Shown here: piece after piece, positions 1-12,279 of the stretch
How the letters are laid out: each line of letters begins with the position of its first letter
Position numbering within the stretch: the first letter of the stretch is position 1
Made by a program: the position numbers and the translations under genes
Assembly (NCBI RefSeq): GCF_000315625.1
Contig: NW_005434527.1
Coordinates: 37,941-101,940 of the forward strand
Source: Guillardia theta CCMP2712
Lineage: Eukaryota > Protista > Cryptophyta
Length of the DNA: 64,000 nucleotides
Direction: 5' to 3'
The notes under the pieces: model-generated
The model's database searches: none
What the model was told of the DNA's origin: nothing
Seen by the model: only the letters and a program-made list of their open reading frames with translations

Positions 1-946
1 AGCAGTAGCGAGTCGGGAAAAGCTTGAACAGGAGGGAACCGAGGAGCGAATATGATGACCTTGTGGCAGCACGAAAATGGCATCGAAGGGAACAAGAGAA
101 AACTCAGCCGGATTGTTCAATTCAGTGAGACCTTCGGTGCTGAAGGTCCTTCTTGTGTTTGGTTGAACTCTTGTCGCATCCCTTTGATCAAGATTTCTCA
201 CTGCTCAGGTCCCGAAGATGACTTCTTCGACGATGGCTTTCCGCAGGAGGTTGAAGTCTCATGCAGACAAACTTGTCCTGATGCCATCGCAGGCAAAGGC
301 TCTAGTCCGCAAACTTCTCTCTGTAGATCCCGCACAACGTTTGGATACAACGAACCCTCAAGGTATTTGGAGTGATGTGAAGAGTGACGGGTTCTACGCA
401 AGGTTGTAAACAGAAAACTCTCCTAGCCCTCACTGAGCTGCTTTCTTCCCAGTGTTAATTTTGAGACCCTCCCGTCCCTGCAACCTCCACAATTCCATTC
501 AGGGCTCGTCTCAGCAGCCACTGCCAACGATCGGCAATGGAACCGGAGGAAGCAATCCATGCTCTGGTCGCCCATGCCTGACAACTACTCCAAGGTAAAG
601 ACGGTGGAGCCGTGGAGTGCATGGTGTCTTGACGGCTAGCCTTCAGGCTTCTTCTGCTTCCCTCGTTGTCCTTCCAGAGGAGCCGGAGGGAACGCAGCAG
701 GTGGTTATAAGGTCCTGCAAAGACGAACATCATGCTCTCCCACCTACTGGCATCGTGCCGGCCATCAAGGAGGACGTGGCCATGGAAGAGGAAGGTGGAG
801 GGGAGTCACAGGGGTCGATGCTAGGGCATCCGCGTGAAGAGGACGAGGAGATCGAACACAAGAGACCCTTCATATCGCCAACGAGTGGACGTCCGCCTAC
901 TGTTCCTTCAAGAAGTGGCGCGAGGCAGACTGGGGGTCATATTTAA
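1..946 (+). CDS. Ser/Thr protein kinase (AGC/PDK1-like), 3' part only, multi-exon
   Basis: Spliced exons give FDDGFPQE|AKALVRKLLSVDPAQRL...WSDVKSDGFYA|SVNFETLPSLQPP...RRKQSMLWSPMP|ASSASLVVLPEEPEG...GGHI*; kinase subdomain XI plus AGC-like tail; GT-AG junctions keep frame; catalytic core lies upstream of window. Confidence 0.7.
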
Positions 947-994
947 TTCGAGGGTACGAAAGCCAGGGAAATCAGCGATTCGGCCTACTTTTCC

Positions 995-3588
995 TCATGC
1001 TCCCATGCTTTTGGCTCCAGCCATCTGATGTTTCGCCATGACTGAGTACATGCCCTGCAACATGCGATAAGGAAGAGAGCACTGAGTGCGGGCAACATGC
1101 GATATGGAAGAGCTCTCTCTCTCTCTCTCTCTCTACCTGTAGCTTCATGAGCTCTTGATGGGTTCCCTTCTCTACAATCTCTCCATCTTCAAGGACGCAG
1201 ATACCTGCAGATCACAATGAGGCGACAAATTCAAACTTCATGCTCTTCTCACAGGTGGCGTCCTTAATGGTGCTCAGGCGATGTGCGATCACGAGGACAG
1301 TTCTTCCCTTCATCAGCCTGTAGCCACTCACATCCTCCCTGCTCCAAGAGACAGGTACCGGTCGAGCGCCTCTTGCACGGCTCCTTCACTCCTCGCGTCA
1401 AGCTGACTTGTAGCTTCATCGAGTATGAGAATCTTCGGGTCTTTCAGGATGGCTCGCGCGATACTGGGAAGTCAGATTAGTCACTTCCTCTGCCACGCGT
1501 TTTGTCGGACCTGAGACGCTGCCTCTGCCCTGCACTTAGTCCGACCTGACTCACCATAGTCTCATACCTAGCAAGGATGTCAGTAACAGAAGAATGAAGA
1601 GTGCATGGCAGACCCCTGCGGAAGCTTGTTGATGAATTCTTCCGCGTTTGCCTCACGAGCTGCTCGGATCACCTCCTCATCAGTGGCGTGGGGTTTGCCA
1701 TAGCGAATATTGTCCGCCACAGAGCCATGAAAGAGCATCGGCTCCTGGCTTACCGTCGCCAACTTGCTACGAAGCCACTCCAGGTCGAGTTGGCGGAGAT
1801 CGCGACCATCAAGCTAATCGTGCGTGTGAGGTCAAGTACAAGGGAGGTGGGAGGGAGTGGAGGACAGTCTGAAGCCAAAAGAACACAAGGAAGCAATGAA
1901 GAGCACATGAGGAACGGGTATTCGGGACATGTTAGCGAAATGACAACCTTAATGTGCCCGGAGTCAGGATCGTAGAATCGCTGGAGCAGAACAGCAATGG
2001 TGGACTTGCCGTTACCGCTGCCTCCTACGAGCGCTGTAATGGTGCCGGGATTGAGGGTGAGGTTGAGTCCCCTTATCACTGTGACATCAGGTCTCGTTGG
2101 GTATGAGAAGAAGACGTTCTGCAGCTCGAGGGTGCCATGGATACTGTTTGGTTGGCTGCCTCTGCCTCGTTCAATGAGAGGCTGACGACGAAGAGTGCCA
2201 AAAACCTTGGAGGCGGACGCGAGAGCTCGTTGCTGCTCGTTGAGTATCTGCATGAGACTTCCAAGGGCGTTCCCAATCTTCCAGCTGTACTGCATGAACT
2301 GCATCATGTTCTCCAGGGTGATTCTTCCCTGCGCCACAAGAGATCCGCCATAGTACATTCCGCCAGCAGACAACATGAGGTTGACAGCATTGAAGAAGAG
2401 ATGCGCTCCTCCCGTGAAGATACGATACTCGTTCTCCATCACGTACTGTTGCATCATCCTCTCCTCATACCTCTCGCTCTCCTTGCCTTCCGCACAGAAT
2501 GATTGAACTGTTCTGGCGTTGTTGAGAACCTCAGAGGCGATTGCCGCTGTTTCTCGAGCTGCTTCATGTGCTCGAATCGCCTTCTTCCGACTTGCTCCCT
2601 GTGCTGCAACTGAGGCAATCGAAAGTACTGGAACAGCTGCGACCACCAAGAGAGTCGCATACGGTGAGATAGAAAGGACTTTGTATGCTCCATATACGAT
2701 GGTAGTCAACGATGTCAAGGTGTTGGTGATCTGGTCAGTCACTGCCTGCTGCATTCTCACCACATCCTCGCCCATCATGGACATGAGCTGGCCTTTGCTG
2801 TTTGCATCAAAGAAACCTATCTCCTGTTGAAGCATGGCAGCATACAGCTTGATCCTCAGTTTCTGCCGAATGCGTTCGGCCAGAGTTGCCATGAGAAAGT
2901 GTCTTGTTCCATCCAGCAGAATGATCGCTCCTTGAAGAAGCATGAATGTGTAAATAGGGGCTTTCAAGGGTAACTTTTCTCGACAAGCTGTCATGACGCC
3001 AGAAAACGCTGAAGGGAGATACAGGTTGAGGAGAGTGAATGTTAGCGTGACCGCTATGGCTGCCGCAAGGAAAAACCATTCACCATCGAGAATGCTGAAC
3101 AAGTCATAGAAGCTAACGGGCTCTTCCTCGTCGCTGAGTGAAGAAGCCGGTTGCTGCTGGTGTCCTCCCTGCATTGTTGGAAGACCTGTTCCTGGTTCGC
3201 AAATCGCATCGTTACTCTGTCCTGATAGCTGCAAGCACAGCACTGAAGACGCCCCTGCTGCCAGCAAGCTTGCCAATCGTGATCCTGATGTATCACATGA
3301 CCAGTTTTGGTCGTCATGGTGATGATTCTCGTGACTTTTGTTTTTGAACGTTCCCGAGGTCTTAAGATGTTTGGTCTTCTCCAGATCTGAAGGGGATTGA
3401 AAAATGTTGGAGATGTGCGGGTGTCTTGAAACCACGTTGGACGTGGAATAAAGCTGCTTCACGTGATTGAGAAGGATCCTCGATGAAGAGCTGACGGTTA
3501 CCCTCTGCATTGAAGATAGTGGCAGAAGAGAAGTAGAACACCACATAGATCGTGCAAGCAGTGATATTCTTGAATGTGGAAACATCAT
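995..3588 (-). CDS. ABCB half-transporter (ABCB10/MDL1-like, probably mitochondrial)
   Basis: TM domain, Walker [18 protein letters not shown], signature LSAGQRQRL, Walker [17 protein letters not shown]; 3' exons spliced to [19 protein letters not shown] (stop 995-997); Ser/Arg-rich N-terminal presequence. Confidence 0.92.
1112..1134. repeat. (CT)n microsatellite, preceded by a short direct repeat, in last ABCB intron
   Basis: ctctctct run; caacatgcgata...gaagag occurs twice at about 1058 and 1093. Confidence 0.8.
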
Positions 3589-4297
3589 GGATCTTGCAAT
3601 GCTCCTTTGTCCTCAAGCCGTCAAGCAACTACTAGACTAGTTCCCTACCATATCTCCAGCCATGCTGAAGCTATTTTTTACTCCCAAGTGTCCACCACGG
3701 TCATCAGTAGTGCCAGTCCCGGATCCGGCCTCATCCAAGGCCCCGCAACCGTGTATTTAATTGATTTATTCAAAGAATCAAACTGGTTTGATTCGATCGC
3801 ATTTAACTTAAAAACTTTGAGCAAAGAGTGCAGGGGACCAGATTTGAATTCTATTCCCCAAGCATCCAGTACCGGTATGATTCACTGTAAAACGTACTCA
3901 TGAACATGGGTGGGTGATTACTTGCGTTCAAACGGAAAGGGTGGACCGACCCCTCACCATCCTCTGCTACTTTCACAATGAAATGTTTATCCTAAATTTG
4001 GAAATTTAGTGGACTCTTACCCCCCAAATGCAATAAAATTCTCATAGGGGAGGGGTGGAATTGTTGGCAGTTGGTTGGTATCGCGGTTGGGCGGGGAAAC
4101 TCGGGGAGAACAGAGGGAGGGGTGGTGGTAGGATCGGAGGGGTTGATTTGAATTTTGTAGGGGTAGGGTAAAGAGTAGTACGGGGTGATGCCTGGGAAGA
4201 TTATGGGAATATTGGGGTCATGTGAGATAATGTTGGATGACGGGGTACTACTTTTTTTGAATCCCAGGGTGGGTAGCAACGGGCTGGGAATTATTAA

Positions 4298-5770
<1,473 letters not shown>

Positions 5771-6270
5771 ATTTCCCAACACTTAACTAACAGAGTTTTG
5801 TATTTTGTTTCCATCTAGATCTTTCCTAATAGAGCTCGACATAGTATTGTACCATTTGCGTGTAGTTTCATTGATTTGGAATAGTTGTATGGAAGTTTTG
5901 ACTAACTCTGCAAAACCCTAAACTTTAGATAAAATTTTAAGGTTTCCTTCCAGACCTATTTTTCTCTCCATCACGCTTGACGGAGTGTCATGGCCTAGAT
6001 GTTGCAAGAACATTTGCTGTGAGTTACGGTACGGTCCGACAGTCGATGTGAAACAGCATGTTACAGTAGTGCTGGCCGGTATGAGGATCAAAGTCTGAAC
6101 TTTGAGTAAACCGTAGCCGAGCGTCCACTACTGTTGCTCGTACTGATTTTTAACTTAACTTTGAGTAAAGGACTGTTGCCCAGCATTCCCGCAAAGCAAG
6201 GCGGCATGCACATGATGAACGATGTCTTATTTGCTGCTGTATCTCTATTCGTCTCCTTCACTCTCTCTCT

Positions 6271-7694
6271 ATGAACTTCCCTCTTGTTTCCTTTGTCTTT
6301 CTCTGCTCTCTTATTCAAACGAAATCCGTCTCTTCGCGGCATGTGCAAGATGTAATTCGAGCCATATCTCCGCCGGGCGTAGGACCACGAAGCGAGGAAT
6401 TTGGTCCTAGGCGTGCGCTGGGAAGCACGGACATAGATGGGAGAGGCGTACAGCATACTGTGTCTGTCTGTGGCCCTTTCATGTTCTTGGAAGACGCATT
6501 GCTTCCACGAGGTTTTGCTTCCCTTCAGTACTTTTCAGGCTATTGAGAACATTTCAGGAAAAATGCCGCCTCTGGGCAAGCATCCGCATGCTGGGCTATG
6601 TACTGCCACGATCTTGCTGCGAGGAGACTCCATCAAACACTGGGATAACATAAGGGACATAGAGGAAACGGCAAAAAGCGGGGGCGTTTTGTGCCTGCAC
6701 AGTGCCGGAGGCATCGTACATTCTGAGGAAGCTCATGATGAGGACAAGGATGAGAGCAGCTTCACGCACATTTTGTACGTGTGGTTCGATCCAGGTAAAT
6801 GAATGCCGTGTTTAAAATCCAGATTCATCGATTATTCCAGGAATTCATAGAAGTCAATTGATGTTTCCAAGAATTGAAATATTTGAGCCCTGTCAGTTGC
6901 CAATGGTATTTCCCCTTCTCTTTCCCTTTCCCCACACCCTGTTGATGTCTGAATTGGACTAAACAGATACAAGAAAGAGACATGCGCATACGCTTGTTCA
7001 TGGGTTCTTACATGGGTCGGACTTCCCCAGTCTCTACGTACGACGCTGAGTAAGAACTCTTTGATCCTCATTCGCGTGAGTGACCTCTACTAGCATACTA
7101 GTACTCGACTGTCACTTGCCACCCGGGGAAGAGGAGCATGTCATTTTGATCCCCTCGCGCATGGATGCGGCTATCGTCTTCATTCCGAGGTTCGGAGGGT
7201 CAGGCTATTTCGGTGGCTCGAGGACGCCAATATCAGAGCTGGAAACAGGAATGCTTTCAGCCACTGGCAACTTCATGTCAGTTAGGAGCGCTTCCAGTCT
7301 CAGTTTGCATTTTTTCCTCCTTGCTGGCAAGAGTTTCTCCCTAGAGGAGCGAACTTTCCTTTTGACAGGCCACAGCGGGGCGGTAAGTGGTCATGCTCGG
7401 CACCCGCAGCGATTGACCCCAATGCCGACAGGTGCTTGCTACCAGTGAGGAGAAAGCGAGGAGTTTGATGGAAGACTTCGAGAGAGACCCAGATAACTTT
7501 GGAAACTTTTTTGATGTATTGCATCCTTGCGCTTCTTCTTCTCTAACCTCAAGCAGGAGGAGGCTTGGCACAAAAAGAACGAGGAGCTGGACATGTCCTA
7601 CCCTGAAGAATCGTCACCACCTTCTCTTACCGATATCCCTGACTTTCCAGACCCCGGAGGAAGGCTCAATGTCACATACGATGATTCAGAATGA
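6271..7694 (+). CDS. pirin-family bicupin protein, multi-exon, possible signal peptide
   Basis: GPFMFLED, HPHAG..., GIVHSEE (metal ligands H,H,H,E), IRLFMGSYMGRTSPV, Pirin_C-like FFLLAGK...VLATSEEKARSLMEDF; last exon inferred. Confidence 0.8.
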
Positions 7695-7820
7695 AAGGTG
7701 GAAGGAAGGAGAGAAGAGTCATGGCATTCCAGTTTCATAACATACCATTCCAATCATTTACCTCATCTCCAACCTGTACATTCTTATTTTACAGTAGCTA
7801 GCCAGATGCTTGGCATCTTA

Positions 7821-10800
7821 TCAGGCGGTTTGTTTGAGAGCCCCCCGTCCTTGTGGCCTGCTAACATCTACAATATGCTCTAAGGATTCACCTCTGTCTT
7901 TCAAATATTGCTGCAACCTGAGTCAGCAGGTAGTGGTCGTATAGAGTCATTCACCTCCAGTTTCGCGATCCCTCGCAGCTGAACTTCTCGATCGGGAGGA
8001 ATGTAAAATTTCTCCACGCATGTGCCTCCTCTTCTCGAGATCTCTGTAACTTGCCACCCCAATCTTTCCAGCGAATCATCAAGAACCTAGGGTTGAGTCA
8101 AGCTGCAAACAGTTCCAGATGAGATCTCACCCTGTTTGGTGCAGAGCAGGTTCTCTTGACATGCCCCGAGCCCCCACAATTATTGCAGAGGTATTTGTTC
8201 TGGACCTTGTAGTACTTGCCTCTGACTCCTTCTCGCCGACACCATTCTCCCTTGGTTCGGTTCTCTGGAGCTTGTTTGACTTTGACCGGCTTGGCATGTT
8301 TTCTTTTCTTTTCTTTTTCTCCAGTCTTCTCCTGCTGAGCACTTCACCCCCACTTGAAGCCTGACCATGCCGGAAGGACCGAGAAGTTTTCTTCTTCTTT
8401 TTCTTTTCGAGTTTGCGTTCTTCTTCCTGGTCAATGACGTCGCTTGCTTGTGAGGTGCAATCGGAAAGCGAGCTGCCTTGCCGCTCTTCTTTCGACAACG
8501 CTGAGTTTGCTTGCGCATGTTCCGCGCTCTTCCAACCTGCGTCTGCAAATGCGTCGGTCACCACGGAAGGGAGCGAGCTTCCCATCAGTTCTTCCGCAGC
8601 CGAAGTTCCTTCGCTCTCGTAGACCGCGCGGACCATCTCGGCTCTGAATTGCTCCAATCTTGAAAGCCCTGGCTGCTTGGGATCCACCTTACGTGGATGG
8701 CAGCTCAAGCTCCGCAGTCGACTAGGCCTCTCGACAACATCTTCGCCGGCATGGTTGGACTTATATTTTGTTGACTGCCCGGAAAATGACTGCACTGCCT
8801 GAGACTTTCTCACCCTCGAGACGGAACTTGAGGGCGTCATGTCGTCACTCTCAAGTTGCAAGTTGTCATTCGTCATCTTCCATTCATCCTCACTCTCCCA
8901 TGTCGATGTTTCCTTCTCCAAAGATGACAAATCTTCGCGAGTCTCTCTGCGCGTGGGCTTGACAGTCAGTCCGAGCTCTTCCAATGCTTTCTTGTTCTGC
9001 TCGATTCTTCGAAATCTGTCTTGCTCATAATTGCATGCTGCTTCTGAATCGCGCTTGTCTGCTTGGTCGTGATCCTGTTCCATCTCGTCGTTACTTACAG
9101 GACTCTTATTGACATTTACTTGAGATTCATTCCCGACCACCTCAGCTTTTCTCGGAGAATTCACGCACATGACCTTGCAAGTGAGTAGAGCGGCCAAGAG
9201 AAAGTTGTTGATAGACATTTGCTGCTGCAATTTGTCCTGTAAGATAGAACAATCATTGCAACGCTTGACAGGTAGGGTTGTCACATTCCGCGAAAAGACA
9301 ACTTTAGCGAACTCATTGTCAAGTAGAAAACGATCGCAAGCTTGGAGAAGAGACTCCACTGAAATAGGTTTGACGACTGAATCAAAATTCGCTTGTTTAA
9401 ATTCATCACATGTGGAACTTGCATTCAAGATAGTTGGCTCATTATTCTTCAAATTTTGTTTTGTGGCATCCAGAGAAGGAGTATTATTTTGTTCTGCTGC
9501 TATATCATCAAGCGTCTTGGTATCCATATCTCTCTGGCTTTTGGTCATTTCGGAATTGCGCTGTGTGACTTTCTGATCCTTTAAGTGGTGATCAGAGCAA
9601 TGAGAATCTTGTGCGCGAAGTACTGGACCAAGACTTTTATCGTCTTCGCTTTCAACGACCATCTTCTGAGTATCAGTCTCCCAGTCAATCATCATACCCT
9701 TCAGCTCAGGCGTCGGAACTTGAGATTTCAAGGTCTCCCTGTTGCAATGCGTTTCAAACTGGAAGCTCTTCGCTTCTCGGCTAACGGAAGAGCTCAAGGC
9801 TGTTGAACTGTTTACTCTCTTCTGCTCACACCGTTCGACGCTTGATACATCATTGCAGCCAACCATGCTCTCGTCGTTATCTGACTCGCTGCTAAAAACA
9901 TAGTCCATGTCGTCAAAGCTGATTTTGCGACTGTGATCAAGTGGTGGTTCAGATCGAAACGACTTCTCGGAGGGAGCTGAGCAAGGACGATTCAACTTTC
10001 CTTTCTGGGAGCTTTGGAGGTCCTTCTTGGGTTCCAGCGATTCTCTTATCTTCCTTACCGGCGTCTTGAGAAACCTGAACGTGGGAGTGAGCATCCATTT
10101 CTCAAATTCTGACTGATCTTGAGGCTTGTCAACTGGAACCCTTCTGGGAGGACTTGTCAGGAAGCTCGTGTGAGGCGTGTCTGTGTTCAAACAAGCGTTT
10201 TCCGGAAGGCTGTTGGCTGTTGCGCTCTCTTCACCTGCAGAGGATGAATCCTTCTGCAAAAACCTTCTGCGGAACGAATGGAAATCGTGATCTTCAGGCC
10301 TTGATTTTTGATTTTTGTTGAAATCTTCCAACTTCAATGTCTTGAGGAGATGATTCCTCATATTTGCCGAAGTCTGTTTCACAATCTCCCGCGCATGTTC
10401 GGGGAATTTTTCAGCGACCTGAGAGACAGCTTGTTTCCCGCAACTGCGCACAGCAACTGAAGGATCATTCAAGGCCTTGACGACCAGACGAGAGATATTC
10501 TCAATGTGAGCAGTCAGCTCCTTGTCACTTCGATTTCTAAGCGTTTGGATAAGGACACTCGCGCAGCAATGCCTTACAACCCCGTGAGATGAGACAAACC
10601 TCCTTTGAGTCTTTTTACCTGAGAGGGAGATGCAAATCTTGAAACCCCCGATCCAGTTCGATCAAGACATTGGCAAGGTTCAAGTAATCAGCTATGGAAT
10701 GAATACAATCCCATGAAGCCGAGGAGATCACTTTGACCTTCAAAACTTGAGCTTAGACAAGACAGTAGATTTGAGTTGTGCACAAGAACTCACTGTCACG

Positions 10801-12011
10801 TATGTCAGTTGGAGCAAACTTGATAGGAGAACAGATGGATATGAGTCAAAAGCTTTTCCTATATTTTGAATACAAGCAGTGATTGTACCTTTTCATCGTG
10901 ATCAGAACGAACCAAAGAGAAACAGACACAGAATCGACTTACCACAGGTTTCTTTGACCAGACTAGACCTCTTGTCTAGCAATTGTTCACATATCATCGG
11001 GACGAACTTGCAGAACAAGTTCACAGGAGTGTGTTGAACACTGTATCACGGGTCACACCAACTATTTTGCTTGCTCACGGGATATTTGACCTCACACCGC
11101 CGGGAAGCTGCCCTGTTTCAATCTCTTTGAGCACTTTCGGAATTTCTTGTATTGCCTTCACTCTCTGCGAAACTCCTGAATCAAAAACGAATTTCCTCGC
11201 CAAATACAAACCATAGCCCAGTCAACATTTCGCTCAGCTAACGAAGTTTCAATGTTCTGCACCCTTGACTCCCACAACTGAACACCCTGCAACCAATCAA
11301 GGTCGATTCGAACTGGAAAATGGAGAGCACATTCAAGGCATTCGTATCCTCTTTGGTTGACTCCGAGAACTTGGCTGCTGCACAGAAATCAGTATTGTAG
11401 TGTTTGAAAATGCGAAGAGACCTCTGATTAACGGTTGTTTCTGTGTTGCCTTAGCACTGCTTTTCAGTATCCTTACCGATTCCGACGATCTGGAAGCACT
11501 CAGAATACATACATGCATGGGGAGGGAGGGAGGGAGGGAGGGAGGGAGGGAGGGAGGGAGGGAGGGAGGGAGGGAGAGGATGGGAGAGGGCGAGGGTGAA
11601 CGAGGGCGAGCGGGATTACCCTTTCAAAACGTTGTCTTGTTTAAGAAAGCCGGTCTGATGTTGCAAGACCTGAGCGTCGGCACCTTTGAGCTCTTCAGTC
11701 TCGTCATCCTCAAGGAACTTGCAGGTCTTTTGAAGGAGAAAGGGAGGTGTTTCCGATCCTCCTCTCAGAGTGCTGCAGCCAAACCCTTGAGGCTTGAGAC
11801 GCGAGACGGCATTCGCTGATACTAGCTGCGCATCTACTGAACTGAAAACTCTTGCGTCCTCAATTAGCTTAGCGATGTCCCACTTGCACGGGCATGACGT
11901 GGAGGGATGGCTCGACACAAAGGAGCTTCGCATGGGAGAGTAGAGTGGATCGACAGGGAGGAGCATAACGACGACACAGATCAAGACCTGGACGAGTCCT
12001 GCGCTCTTCAT
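7821..12011 (-). CDS. CLASP_N/TOG-domain protein with signal peptide + LRGG leader, long disordered middle and C-terminal chromodomain-like region
   Basis: All exons join in frame by GT-AG introns: MKSAGLVQVLICVVVMLLP...TLRGG...; DWAMRVKAIQ...LLDKRSSLVKETCGTITACIQNIGKAF...VKVISSASWDCI...ALNDPSVAVRSCGK (CLASP_N HEAT pattern); YEQDRFRRIEQNKKALEELGL; GFLMIRWKDW...NFTFLPIEKF. Confidence 0.75.
11520..11576. repeat. (GGGA)n microsatellite in first intron of TOG gene
   Basis: gggagggaggga run. Confidence 0.9.
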
Positions 12012-12279
12012 CACAGGGATCTCAGTGGATCAATGCACGAGGGACCCCTTCGCCTCCGCTTGACGGGGGCCTCTCGTTCATCTTTATGTGCATGTCTTCA
12101 TCCTCCAGTGCGTCGAGTCTTCCGCTAGTTGTCACGCACATGCTGACTAGCAGGAGCATCTCCCATCCTCCCATCCTCCCTCACTCACGCATGGAAGGGC
12201 TTTTCCCCGCCATATTTCCTTTTAAATTTTGAAATCCAACCCAAATTTCGATCAGCGAATGCAGCTCTGAGGCGCAGGA

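Noticed and set aside
7945-8087. Alternative frame LGWQVTEISRRGG...KFYIPP resembling an MBD domain
   Set aside because: Splice phase (gg|gtgag...ctag|g) selects the FLMIRWKDW frame instead
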